Counted from the stretch's first letter, positions 10,170 to 23,606 are shown. The stretch is DNA of 59,856 bases from Octopus bimaculoides (GCF_001194135.2 NC_068989.1:28911673-28971528); one strand, 5' to 3'. The notes: a model not told the origin generated them from the letters alone. Made by a program: numbers and translations.

Positions 10170-10720
10170 CTTCATCATCAGCATCATCATCATCATCATC
10201 ATCATCATCATTATCATCATCATCGTTTAACGTCTGCTTTCCATGCTAGCATGGGTTGGATGATTTGACTGAGGACTGGCAAGCCAGAAGGCTGCACCAG
10301 GCTCCAATCTGATCTGGCAGAGTTTCTACAGCTGGATGCCCTGCCCTTCCTAACGCCAACCACTCCGAGAGTGTAGTGGGTGCTTTTACGTGCCACCGCC
10401 ACAAGGGCCAGTCACACGGTACTGGCAACGGCCATGCTCAAAAAGGTGTTTTTTTACATACCACCTGCATGGGAGCCAGTCCAGCGGCACTGGCAACGAC
10501 CTCGCTCAAATGTCTTTTCATGTGCCATCAGCACAAGTGCTAGAAGGCAACTCTGGTAACGATTACACTCAAATGGTGCTATTTACGGGCCACTAGCACG
10601 GAAGCCAGACAGCTGCTCTGGCAATGAACATGCTCGGACAGTGCTGTTAGTGCTCCACTGGCGCAGGTGCCAGTCATCGAGTAATGGTTCAATTACGATT
10701 TTGATTCCGATTTCACTGGA
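10170..10720 (-). mobile_element. 5'-truncated RTE copy (3' UTR + (GAT)n tail)
   Basis: Reverse complement of 3280-3747, including the 65-bp units and the gcatccagctgtagaaactctgcca...catgctagcatggaaagcagacgttaaacgatgat tail. Confidence 0.93.
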
Positions 10721-11076
10721 GATCCATCATAGATGAATTTCTAAATGCTATGCAGTGCTTCAGCAAAATTTTAACCATACCCAAGCCAGTGATTTTTGAC
10801 TTGTTTGATTCAAATCACACTAAGACAGTAAAAGTGTTAAGAAACACCAGTTTATATAAATATATATTAATTTTTTTTTTTTTTAAACAGAGATGGATGT
10901 ATACATTGCATTTTATCACAAAAGAATACATATGCACTGGTGCAGTGCATTAAAAAACACTAAAGTTTTCTGAGCTCCCTGAGATTCTTCAGTTGCTTCA
11001 AAAAGACATATCACACCTGCAGCCTATAAGTGGCATACTCGGTGGAAAATTTTGCCTTAAAACAAACAAACACACA

Positions 11077-11078
<2 letters not shown>

Positions 11079-11120
<42 letters not shown>
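11079..11120. repeat. (CT)n microsatellite
   Basis: Direct reading. Confidence 0.95.
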
Positions 11121-11121
<1 letters not shown>

Positions 11122-12864
11122 GTAGTAATATGTAATATTTTGTTCTATTTCTTACCTTTTGAAGATGGATAGTTGTTTCCAGAGATGCTGTGTAAAGTGT
11201 TTAGAATTAAAAGGTGGGAGATGTTAGTTTCCGTTCAAATTTTAAATATTCCTCACTGTTCTACAAATCACATATCACGTATATTTGTGGTATTTACATT
11301 ACATATTTATTTTTTTGTGAAAGTCAATTTTCTATATTAATGTCAATGAAATTACAGTACTTATAATCTCTCAGGTAAATCCAGGTAATTGTTACAATTA
11401 CTACTGGCTTGTGATTCATTCAGGATGTGTGGAAGTAGAATGATCTTTTTAATTCCAAAGAGATTTCTACTAGTTAAAAGAAAAAACAAAATTTCAAATT
11501 GATGATGGAAACTCTGTTTTGATAAAAGTAAATTTTAGTGTAGTTGTTAAATGTTTATATTACCCCACCCCCCAATAAAGTTTTCTCAAGTGCTTAATTA
11601 TTATATATTTACTAAAAAATGGATAATTGTAATTCAGTTTCAATCTTGGGAATGAATAAATTCTAACATATTGTAGGTTAATGGTTGCAAGAAATTGTTT
11701 TACTTTTATTAATTATGCTAGCTATAGATGAAAATTATCTCACTTAGCAGTTTATAATTTATTTTGTACTTTGCAAAACAGTCTCCTTTGTAGGATATGT
11801 TTCTAATATAAAATTATGTCAGACAATTTATCTACTTTTATCACATTACACTTCCTTTCTTGAGATAGAAAGCAAAGATATAAATATACAATATTTATAT
11901 CTATGCTATGCTTTAATCACTCTGATCTTGGATGATCAGTAGGTATCATATTTTCAATGAGTAAATAGAGATTGGATTGAAACAAGAAATTTTGTTTCTA
12001 AATTAAGGGTAATAAGTTCTTGATTATTATTGAAGATCCAGCCAGTTACGTAGTGTTTGTTTAGATATCGTAGTGGATTGGCAGAACTGCTAGAGTATCA
12101 GATAATATACCATAGAGTATTTGGTTATGTTGTTTATGTTATGAGTTCAAATTCCACCCAGGTTAATTTTGCTTTTTTTCTTCTTTATGTGTAAAATGTA
12201 TACCAGATAAAGTACTGCAAATTTATATAATCACCTAAATCCTTTGATTAAACAATGACCAAAACCAGTAAGATCAAACAGTAGAAAAAGAATCTTTCAT
12301 CTCAAAAAATGTGGTTAATTGTTTGAATTTTGGTTACAATTCTGTTTTTGTGGCATATCCAAACTCAATGTTAGTTATATAATGTTGTCTGAGAGATTTT
12401 AGGAAGCTAGTTTTCTGAAAAGAAAGGTGATCATTGTGAGTCTTTTGCTTGTGAACAGTCCTTGAAGTTTTTAAGGAACTACATGTTGGAGTCATGTAGA
12501 TTAGAATGTTAGGATTTCAGATGAGATTTCTAATAGTTATAGGACAGTAACTGCATTTATATATCATCATTATGGACCTCATCGTCATTATTATGTTAAT
12601 GCACTTTTTCATGTTTGCATGGGACAGATAGAATTAATGAGGCAGATTTTCTATGGCCAGATACCCTTCCTGTTGCCAATCCTCACCTCTTTCCAAGTAA
12701 GGTAATAATTTCCTATGGCCAGATATGTTTACACAGAAGATTGGAAATGAAGGGCAGCACTTTTATGATGGTGGCACTCATTTACAACTATCACACAATG
12801 TCAAGACAAGGAAACACAAACACATGCATATTCATGTACACACATATACATATGTGACAGGCTT

Positions 12865-13020
12865 CTTTCACTTTCTGTCTACTACATTTATTCACAAGGC
12901 TTTGCTTGGCCTGGGGTTAAAGTTGAAGACATTTTCCCAAGGTGCCATGCAGTGAGACTGAACCTGAAACCATGTGGTTGGGAAGCAAGCTTCTTAACCA
13001 CACAGCCATGTCTGCATGTG
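12865..13020 (-). mobile_element. SINE family B, 5' part
   Basis: Reverse complement of ggctgtgtggttaagaagcttgcttcccaaccacatggtttcaggttcagtctcactgcatggcaccttggg, matching 23367-23520. Confidence 0.85.
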
Positions 13021-13077
13021 TGTGTGTGTGTGTGTGTGTGTAAAAGTATACACATACATGTGTCTGTGTATGTATAT

Positions 13078-14390
13078 ATCATCATCAACAACATTTAACA
13101 TCTGTTTCCCATACTGGCATGAGTTGGACAAGCTTGACAGGAACTGGCAAGGCCAGGGTTTGCACCATGTTCCATAGTCTGTTTACATATTGTACAGGGT
13201 GCTTTTTATGTGGCACCAGCACCCACACCAATGCTTTTTATGTGGCCCCTTGGTTTTAGGGCATCAATTCTGTTGGGGTGGGTACAACAATGCACTGCAT
13301 ATCTCAGTCATCTATCATCTCCTTACTAAGGCTCAGCGTTTTGAGATTAGCCTTCTATACTTTGTCCAATATCTTCTTGGGTCTTTTTCCACATCTTCCC
13401 TCCACTTTAAGTGATCAGCACTTCTGTATGTGACTGTCCTCATCCATCTGCATCATGTGACCAAATTAGCAAAGTCTCCTCTCTTGCACACTGCATATAA
13501 TTCTTCTTATGTCCAAATTTTCTCTCAGTACACCAGTGTTCTGTCATACATGCATACTGACATTGCACATCCAGTGGAGCATGCTCGATTTGTGCCTTTC
13601 CATATCCTCTGCATTTAAGGCTCATGTCTCACTACCATGCAGCATTGCAGTTTGTATGCAAGCATCATACAATCTTCCCTTCACTCAGAGAGAGAGAGAG
13701 AGAGAGACCTTTGGTTGACAACAGAGGTAAAAGCACTCTGAACTTTCCCCATCCTATTCTTATTCTAGCCTTTACACTTTCCTCTATTGCTAATTAAGTC
13801 ATCTAGGTAGCAAACATTATCTACAACTTCCACAGAACCTCTGGGACATTTGAGGAAATCAGTTTCCCTTGTATCTATGGTCTTTATGGATCCTGTACAT
13901 ATTCCACATACAAACACTACTTTCTCTGTTAACCTTCCTACTATTCCACTGCACCTTTTTGTATGTCCACAGCTTGCACTGAGTACACCAAATAGAATTT
14001 CTGCCTACACCCTTCCTACATGTCAAGCAGGGCCATTTACCAGAAGGGTGAAAGGTCCTGTCTGATTTCTTCCTTACTAGGAGATTGGTCTTTGCTAAGT
14101 TAGCTTTAAGACCCTTTGATTCCAGGTTCTGTTTTCACATCTGGAATTTCCTTTCTAATTCTGTTACAGATTCTGCTATGAAGGCAAGATCATCAGCATA
14201 TTGTAGTTCCCATAGGTTTCTAGTCTTAAATTCTTCTGTTATGACCTGGAAGACAATGATGAATAGAAGGGGACTGAGAAGAGAGCCTTGGTGAACACCT
14301 ATCTGTACATTAAATTTATCATTGTACCCATTGGCAACTCTTACTTTACTAACAGAACTCTTGTATATGTATGTATGTTTGTGTATGTAT
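13078..14390 (-). mobile_element. Older degenerate RTE copy (RT motifs to 3' tail)
   Basis: Minus-strand translation QGSLLSPLLFII...YADDLAFIAES...NLAKT, the PHD-like PCLTCRKGVGRNSIWCTQC, and an RTE-type tail at 13078-13250. Confidence 0.88.
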
Positions 14391-14733
14391 ATAAGTGTAT
14401 ATGTACATATGTGTGTGTGTCTAGTTTTTTAATTAAAGCTGCAAATACATCACAAAAGCTGCTACTCAGAGTTTCTTGTTCCCATTTGTTGGACAGTTGT
14501 GATCAAGAACGGAATCATTCCATTCTTGATAACAACTATCCAATGAACAGGAGCATGAAATTTTGAGTAGCAGTTTTTGTGATGTTTTTGCAGCTTTAAT
14601 GCATATTATTCTACCTTCAGTATTTGAGTACTGTTTTTTCCACCTTGTTTTGCATTTAAGTGCTTACTTGTGTGTGTGTGTGTGTGTGTATACACACACA
14701 GTGTCCGACTGACTAAAATTCTATTTATTTGTG

Positions 14734-14790
14734 NNNNNNNNNNCAGGCTCCAGTCTGATTTGGCAGAGTTTCTACAGCTGGATGCCCTTC
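14734..14790 (-). mobile_element. Assembly gap (14734-14743) plus RTE tail fragment
   Basis: N run followed by caggctccagtctgatttggcagagtttctacagctggatgccc, the same as 59709-59752. Confidence 0.85.
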
Positions 14791-16159
14791 CTATATATAA
14801 ACATACATTCTTGTATCTTCCATCTTCTGTCTCTCTCATTAATCCAATACTCAGCAAACACTGAAAATGAACATGCTTTACCAGTAAGCTACCATTCGAT
14901 TTATTATTTAATAATCATGTATATATATATGTGTGTGTACATCTATGCACGTGCATATGTGCGTGCATGCTGAAATGCAAAATGTCAATTAACTGATATG
15001 GGTTACTTGGTGTGTATATTATCATCATCATAGTCATAATTTTATCTGCTTTTTCTGCTGGGAGCGGGGACAAATTGTCATAGTTAATTCTTATTTGGAT
15101 TTTCTAGAATAAGGTGGAGGCCATATTTCAATCACACATTTCAGTTTTAACATGTTTTCTATAGCTGAATGCCCATTATATTGCAAAACCACTTCGCAGT
15201 GTGTGCTGGTTGTATTCCATTGTAGTATCTGCACTTAATCCATTGCCCTGTTCAGCACTACCATCTGGTCTTTGAATGCCTTTAATGAAATCTACTTAGT
15301 TGCAAGCATTCCAGCTTTGTCCAGGTTGAGGATGTCTTCCTCCCCCCCACTTGTCTCTGAGGTTCTGTAAAGAGTCATAGACACTGCCTTTCCTCCTGAC
15401 TAAACTAAACAGTAAAGATTAGTGACATCTCTATAAAATAGTTAGGAAATGGAAACAGCTTAGAATAGAGTATGCAGGATCTATTTTATTGTCACTAAAG
15501 TTGTCTTGTTCCTCACAAGATTACGGAATCTTTTTTAGCCTATATTTTCTGTGTGTGTTCATTTACCAACACTGTAAATAGAAGAGAGAGTGAAATAAAA
15601 GAGAACCAGAATGAGGGGGTGATAGAGGAAAGGGTGATAGACAGCCATAGATGATTGCTGGTAAGAAGATCAGATAGAAAAAGGATTAGTGATATAACAG
15701 AAGAAGAGGGAATGATAAGAGCGATAAGTGAGAGAGAGAAGAGAAAATACTGGGAGAGGTTGATGTGAGAGAGAGAGAGAGAGAATGTGATGTATATCAT
15801 CAATGACTAAAAGAAAAATTAGTGTGAGAATGAAAGAAAATGATGGAAAGCAATGAAGATGTGTACTGGTAAGAGAGTAGGGGTGGTGTTTGTCTATAAT
15901 GATTGAGGAAGTAAGGGGTGGAGAAGGAGTGATGGTAAGGAGAGGATTAAATACAGACAGATCCAATGCCATACTATCCCTCATCACACAAGCAACCTGA
16001 TTTCAAAGAGAGAGAAAGAGAGTGGTTGTAGGGAAATACTTTGATAAGGGAGGAGTCGTATATGGCAACTTGATTTGAACGTAATGATCGGGAGAGACCG
16101 AAACCTTAGATATAGATCCCAATCTCCATCGACACCACTATTGTCATTTTTACATGTTT

Positions 16160-16500
16160 TTCCAAGCTTGCATAAGATGGGGTTGCTTTATAAGTCTTTT
16201 ATAAAGTTCAGCTGTTTGAGATCAGTCTTCTGTGACTTTCCCATTCTACTTGGAGTGCTTAGCATTTCTTCATACAACTGGTATCTTCCTTATGCATCAC
16301 ATGTTCATACCAGCATAGCCTTCTTTCTTGCACATTACTTCTGATTCCTCTTATGTCCAGCTTTTCTTCTTAACTCAGGTGTGCTCAGCTGTTCACTTAT
16401 ACTAACATTACTCATCTAGTGAATAATGCTTACTTCATTTCTTTCCAACGTTTGTGCATCCCCAGCACTGAAGGTCGATATCTCACTCTTATGAAGCATC
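16160..16500 (-). mobile_element. Old RTE C-terminal coding fragment
   Basis: Minus-strand translation resembles RLRWYGHV...SCMKKC..L.VE of the RTE copies. Confidence 0.55.
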
Positions 16501-16561
16501 ACATGTATATAAACATTGTTTAATCTATCCTTCACTTTGAGAGACAAACCATTTGTTATTT

Positions 16562-16614
<53 letters not shown>

Positions 16615-16648
16615 GTTCTTGGTTACAAACAAAAGAAAGAGTACTTAA

Positions 16649-16861
16649 CCCTTTAGGATTCAGATTACTCAAAGTTAATGCTTATTTATTCATATTTTTT
16701 GGAAATAACCATGCATTATCTCATAGCTTTGAGATTTCAATGATGTGATTGTTTATTTTTAGAACAACCTTATAGAGTAGGTGTGAGAATCTGGACCCTG
16801 TCAGTTTGAATATTTTAATAGAATATTTTGGCTGGATATGGCCTGTTTAAATGCTAAGGGG
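16649..16861. mobile_element. piggyBac-type MITE (TTAA TSD)
   Basis: TTAA|CCCTTTAGGATT ... AATGCTAAGGGG|TTAA: imperfect 12-bp TIRs (10/12) flanked by TTAA at 16645-16648 and 16862-16865. Confidence 0.8.
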
Positions 16862-18773
16862 TTAATACACATAATAGAATTTATATTTATTTGGAAGCGT
16901 TTGATGATTTAGTCTGTTGTGACTCAGAGCTTCCCATTATTGAAATCTGAAAGAATGCATGCAGCAGTAAATTCCAAGTAGCAATAATGTGAATCTTCAA
17001 CTGTTTACTATATTTATGTTTTTTTAAAACACATTAAAGGAGGGAGGGAGACAAATAGCAAGATTTCTTCATAGAAGTTCTAATTCTTGTTTTTGTTGTG
17101 AAAATTGCTTGATGAAAAACTTTGAAAGCATGGGTATTATATAAATCTCTATGTGTTGTTTGAATGGTTATAAATAACAGCCAAATCTCTCACACCACAT
17201 TTGATAAAGCATTCTTAGACACATGATGGGATGGAGTGCTCAATCAAAGTTGAGTCTCTTCATGGTTGCTCAACTTGCATGAAAGGGTAGCAAAATTTCC
17301 TTTAATTCATGCCTTAGTCTCTTAAATGAAGAAAGGACTCTATACTGTAGTCCTAAATACTCCTAAAATGATGGGGTAGTTGTGGCTGGAATACTTTTTG
17401 ATAATTGTTCTCAGTCAAGATTAACTTAAGATGAAACAGCAACTTCCAGAAAGCAATTAGCATAGTATTAAAAGAACCCCATGTTGAGAATTCTTGGTAC
17501 TAAAAATATCAAACGTGCAGATGAGTTTGCAATTTAGTGTCAAACATTTATTTTGCTATAAACCTTGTTCTTTGTGCTGTTTGGTAGAAAATTTGAGAAT
17601 TATTCTCTAACAATGAGATACAATGAACACTCATAGTTTGAGAGCAGTGCTTTTGATACCTGTGACACATCTAGACTCACTATTAACCTGAGCCTTTTGA
17701 ATCACTTCCCTTGAGAGCCCAGGCCATCAACAAGGACTTTTGTGTAGGAAGTATGATTGAATGAATTTCAAGCCTATGAGATGTAATGGCCTTGCATACA
17801 TAGGGCTTGTGCTGTTTTGACACTTTGCCAACTAGATAGAAATTTTTCCAGAAACCCTATGATATTGGTCAAAAAGCTAGTTCAGGTAAGAGTTGCTTTA
17901 TTTTAGACCCTGGAATTCACATGCTGTTCTATTGGTTATTGCCCAGAATGCACCAGATGCAGGTAGGGGTCATATTTGTTATCATCATAATCATTTGATG
18001 CCTAGTTTTCCATGTTTGCATGGGTTGGGTGTGTTGTTACAGCCCTAGTCAGTTCTTATTTGGAATTACTACCCACTTAAATATGTTTCACTCCTGCTTT
18101 ATATATTTTTGGCATGGTTTCTACAGCTGGGTACCTTTCCTACTGTCAACCACTTTACAGTGTGCTTGCATATTATTGTGACCTGACTGACTGTACATAG
18201 TCTCCTTTCATTAGCATCAGAAAGGTTTTTCATCCTCATCAAAAGTTTCTTCTTCACTTTGTTTCTGCTTGTTTGTTCCTTTTCCACACTATGGATTAGG
18301 TAAAAAACCATGGTGAGAAAGTGATAGATGAAAGAATACTTACAAGAAGACAATCAGTCTGATAAGAGTGAGAGGATGATTGGAGACAGTTGTAGGGAAG
18401 ACAGTTGTATGATGGCTGTTAGAAAGGAAATTGAACAGAAATAACATTGGTGAAGGAAACTGGAGTGTAAATACTAAATATCCAAGCATCCCTAAATGTT
18501 ACATATTTCAAATTACCATTTTGTTAAGTGAAATACCATGTTACTGGATGAATGATGTGTATGCTAATGGACAAAATCATCCTCTGTGTGTATGCATTCT
18601 ATAGCACAAGAATGGCTTTAACAATAAGAAAAGAGACTACTCAATATGTGATATAGAGTTTTTCATACACTTTGAAAGTTTCACTAACTGTTATTCCAAG
18701 TTTCACATTTCTGACCTCTGACTGGAAGAGTGAGAGAAAGAGATCTGGGCTTTTAATGCGTATGAGTGTAATC

Positions 18774-19207
18774 TTTTTACCATAAGCGAGATATTTTCTC
18801 TATGGTAATTGCAGTGAATTTGCCTTTTAGCAGTTGAAATAATATGTCACAAGCATATTCTAACTAACCTAAATTTTGCTTATACCTAAACACTGCTTGG
18901 CGCTAACATTTCATTATTTTTCTTGATTGGACGATCTATCAGCGCAAATCAGTCAACATTGTTGACTGAATGTTACATAAAGCCATTGCTTTATAAGTTT
19001 GTTCAGAGTTGCCCCTCTTAAGTACATCACATCGACAAGAGTCAAATAACTTGAAACATCAATGTCTAGGATTCCTGATAGATGGCGACACTAAACAAAC
19101 TAGGTGTTTTCACACCTTTTTACCATAAGGGAGATATTTTTCCATGGTAACTGCAGTGAATTTGCCTTCTAGCAGTTGAAATATGTCACAAACATATTTT
19201 AACTAAC
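18774..19207. repeat. ~95-bp imperfect direct repeat pair (18774-18870 and 19116-19207)
   Basis: ctttttaccataag(c/g)gagatatttt...gcagtgaatttgcctt...gcagttgaaat...aactaacc occurs twice. Confidence 0.85.
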
Positions 19208-21021
19208 CAAAATGTATATATGTGTGTGTACACACACACACGGTCTATTTAATGAGTGAAAAAGTCAATTCATGAAAACTGCCCCCCCCCAAGCAAAAAA
19301 AACAAAACAAAACAAAAAAAAACAACAACCAAAATTTCTATATCCTATGGCACACTCCTTTATTTTAGTGGCTACACTTGCCAACTACTTAATTTCTATT
19401 AAAACCTATTCGAAGACCACACTCTCTAGAAGTCATAACTGTTATCCTATACTATTAAGGTACTTGTCTTTTCCTCACCACTAACTCACCCTGATACTAA
19501 CCTCATCATTAATATACCCCATATCTCCATCATCTATTTCTCTTTAAGTTGCACAAACTTAGCCATTCTGGTCACTATATTATCACTGTCTTTAGTTGTC
19601 CCACTGAATTTCTTACACTCTTGTTATCTCTTGTCACTACTCTGCCCTCAAATATCAAGGGTACTAACCATGCCTTAAACCTAGCTTTCCTCCTGGACTC
19701 TCACAATTCTTTTTCACCAAAATTCAATTATTTCACTCTATGTGAGGTTATCTTGCATTCCAGCTCAACCTTTGGAAGCACAAAAGAAAAAGCTTAAACT
19801 TAATTCTTACTCTTGTCCTTTCTTCACTCACAAGCATTTGTGAATACCTCACATTCTCTTAGCTACATTCTTTATGTATGTGTGCATGCATTTGTATGTG
19901 CTTATACACATGTGTATATATGTGTGCACACACACATACTCTCTTCATCTTTACACATCTAATTCTTTAACTTCCTCTTTTGCAATTTTGTGGCCTTACA
20001 ATAAGACTTTTTAAAAATTTTTTCTTCAAAAAAGTACAAATGTTTGAAACATTAAGCTTTTTTTCTTTGCTCCATTAAATAATCCTACTATTATGTGTCT
20101 CTGTTATTTAAGTGGACTAACTATTCAAAACCTTTAGTCATTTATGTTTTTAATTGTACTACCATTCTAGTTGATCTATTTTGTAAGAGTTGAGCAGAGA
20201 CATCTAGGAAGAATAAGTTACTTAGCTATTCAATTCTTATGTTGCTCAACAATAAACTGCTACAATCAGAGGTAGCAATGGTGTGCAACAACAACCCTTC
20301 TGTAAGATTTCCTGTGTGTATTGTTACAGTTTATTCTTTTCTTACTAGCATGAGTTATGTGAGTGTATTCAAATACATTTGAAAGTATTGTTATCTCTAC
20401 TACTCCGTTCAGAAACTCCAAAATAGTGGCCGTACCATTATCAGATGCTGTGCTGGATTGTCTATCATCTGTAGTAAAAGAGCTTGTCATCCACTGAGTA
20501 GAGTCAGTTCACAAATCTACTAGTTAAAACAGTAAAACATGCTGTACTATGACGATGCCACTGCATCTGCCACACAATCAGCTATTGTATGTGTGACAGA
20601 CCAGTGGATTACTCTTAACTTAAAAATGATTGAAATTAATAAACAATCTCTGTCCTGAGATAAATCAGTTCTCATCACTTGGCCGCTATTATAGCTTTTG
20701 ATTTGCAACATTGTTAACTAACATATTCCCTATAGCTTTGTATTCCTGCAATGTTACATCTGTTTGCAGAATTTCTAACTTTATCTTGTTATTAGGAGCT
20801 GAAAATCAATTCTATTATTTTTCTCCTCTTAAATGATGACTTACATCTTTGTTTCGTCTAGCAATTATTGTTATAGTCTAACTAGTAACCCTGCTTCACT
20901 GGATGATTAAGCATTGATTAATGAAGAACAACAACTAGAAACTGAGTACAGGTTTAAGCTTTTCTTTTCTTTTCTTTGGAGTTAGCTGGGTATTTGAGGC
21001 ATTTTATTATGATTATTATTG

Positions 21022-21607
21022 TTAAGTCGGTGAGCTGGCAGAGTTGTTAGCATACTGGTATTTCGTCTGTTAGCTTAGTGGCATTTCATCTGTCTTTATG
21101 TTCTGAGTTCAAATTCCACCAAGGTCGATTTTGCCTTTCACCCTTTCAGGGTTGATAAAATTAGTACCAGTTGAGCACATTACATTGTAATCAACTTACC
21201 CTCTTCCCTGAAATTTCAGGCCTTGTGCCTATAGTAGAAAGGTTCATTATTTTTATATTCTTATTGACTTTGCCTTTCATCCTTTTGGGGTTGATAAAAT
21301 AAGTACCAGTGAAACATGGGGGTTGATGTAATTGACTCATCTCCTCCCCCAATTTGGCTGCCCTTGTGGCAAAATTTGAAACCATTATTATTATTATTAT
21401 TAAGGTGGCGAGCTGGCAGAATTATTAGCAGTATTTCACCTGTCGCTATATTCTGAGTTCAAATTCTGCTGAGGTTGACTTTACCTTTCATCCTTTCAGG
21501 GCTGATAAAATAAGTACCAGTTGAACACTGGGGTTGATGTTATCGACTCATCTCCTCCACCAAGATTGCTGCCCTTGTGGCAAAATTTGAAACCATTATT
21601 GTTGTTG

Positions 21608-21684
<77 letters not shown>

Positions 21685-21925
21685 GTTGTTGTTGTTGTTG
21701 TTTTAAGGCAGCAAGCTGGCAGAATCGTTAGCATGCTAGGTGAAATGCTTAGTGGTATTTCGTCAGCCACTACATTCTGAGTTAAAATTCCACCAGAGTC
21801 GACTTTGCCTTTCATCCTTTTAGGGTCAATAAATTAAGTACCAGTCAAGTATTGGGGTCAGTGCAATTGACTATCCCTCTCCCCCAAAATTGCTGCCCTT
21901 GTGGCAAAATTTGAAACCATTGTTG
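21022..21925 (+). mobile_element. Head-to-tail cluster of four tRNA-derived SINEs, family A, separated by (ATT/GTT)n
   Basis: Copies at ~21022, 21262 (partial), 21402 and 21704 share aaggcggtgagctggcagaa...ttctgagttcaaattcc (B box)...gactttgcctttcatcctttc.gggt.gataaaataagtaccag (Meta-domain-like core)...aaaatttgaaacc(att)n. Confidence 0.9.
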
Positions 21926-22359
21926 TTGTTCTTGTTATTTTAACTTTAACATTATTTTAATTTCATTTGATTCTTTAAAATGGTAGTGGGAGAGGAGATA
22001 ATGCAGTTTCAATGTCACAATTTCAAAATTAAGACCATGATGCAATGATTCTTTATGCTAATATCTTAAATTCTTTAAATGTCCTTAAGCTGTTATTCTC
22101 ATTGTGGGATCAAGCAACTTTTTCATGGCTAGGATCAATAGTTTTTGTCTTTGTTCTTTCTCACTTGTTTTCTTCTTCAGTTTTTATGGTTACCGGAATA
22201 CAAGTTACATCTGGAATGACTTCTGATAATGTCTGCCTATTAACATGAGTGAGTGATTAGAAAGTAAGTTGTAATTGTGTCAAGTAAAAGTAATTACAGA
22301 TAATATCTAACAGAATTATTAAAAGACATCTTTCAAGTCATCTTTTAATATTTGTTTCT

Positions 22360-22585
22360 TTATTGCCCACTGGGGGCTAAACATAGAGGGGACAAAGAAG
22401 GACAGACAAAGGGATTAAGTTGATTACATCAACTCCAGTGCGTAACTGGTACTTATTTAATTGACCCTGAAAAGATGAAAGGCAAAGTCAACCTCAGCAG
22501 AATTTGAACTCAGAATGTAATGGCAGATGAAATACTGCTGAGCATTTCGCCTGGTGTGCTAACGATTCTGCCAGCTCACCACCCT
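22360..22585 (-). mobile_element. SINE family A variant with a different 3' tail
   Basis: Same head and core in reverse orientation, but the tail reads ccctttgtctgtccttctttgtcccctctatgtttagccccc...aataaagaaa. Confidence 0.85.
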
Positions 22586-23366
22586 ATCTTTTAATATTGA
22601 AGCCAAATGACTACTTTCAAATAAACTGCCTTAGAAAGATTATGAAATTTACCTGTAGAGTCATGATTAATTATTAAACTGTCAGTATTGGCTTGCTATA
22701 GTTAAGAGGCACAATCTAATGAAAATGAATAATTTTTCTCCTGTCTATTTTGAACACTAAATAAGCAGAGGGTAATACCTTGGAACAGAACCTGATTGCT
22801 TAATTTTTACTTGTACCCAACAAAAAAATTATTGTTGTTCGGTTGACATTTTTCAATTTTTTCATTTTAGAAATTGTTTTCCATTTTAGCTTTAATGTAA
22901 ATGTGAAAAAGGCATAATTTCTCTCTCTCTCTATCTCTCTCACACACACACAGTAAAAAACACCCCCAAAACATCTGCCATTATTGTGTAATTATAAATT
23001 ATATAATGAAGTAAAAATTTTGACTCTGTATATATTCAGTAACTAGGTAAAACAAACAAATCCGATGTAATACTGAAATTAATACAAAAATGGCAAGAAA
23101 ACTTTAATCTGCTTTTCTGATATGTATACCATGACCACAGGCCATACCATTGGTGCTTTTATACATAGGCAATTGCTTAGTTTAATTCTTGATGCAAATA
23201 TATGTTTTTGTATAGCTTGGCTGTATTTTTTGAGTTGGTCATCAACTATCTTTTTTCCAATTTAATTGATAATCAATGTCGTTATTGAAGAATTTTTTTA
23301 GTTATTACTGTAAGACATTAAAATATCTGTCGCACAAGATAAAGTATTCATTTTAAGAACCTTATA

Positions 23367-23540
23367 GCACAGACGTGGCGCTGTGGTAAGAAGCTTGCTT
23401 TCCAACCACATGGTTCTGGGCTCAGTCCCACTATGTGGCACCTTCGGCAAATGTCTTCTAGTATAGCCTTGGGCCAACCAAAGCCTTGTGAGTGGATTTG
23501 GTAGATGAAAGCTGAAAGAAGTCTGTTGTGTGTGTATATG

Positions 23541-23606
<66 letters not shown>

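Noticed and set aside
20266-20490. 74-aa minus ORF in non-repetitive sequence; possible cassette or nested exon
   Set aside because: No recognisable motif. The + strand candidate acceptor gives an immediate in-frame stop, so it cannot be supported without a search.
21521-21815. Poly-Leu/Ile/Tyr-Ile/His-Thr ORFs here and at other microsatellites (23298-23690, 25654-25852, 46419-46780, 54782-55096)
   Set aside because: They are translations of simple repeats.
23367-23450. tRNA genes
   Set aside because: The A/B boxes belong to SINE heads that continue into SINE cores. No complete cloverleaf was found here or in other copies.
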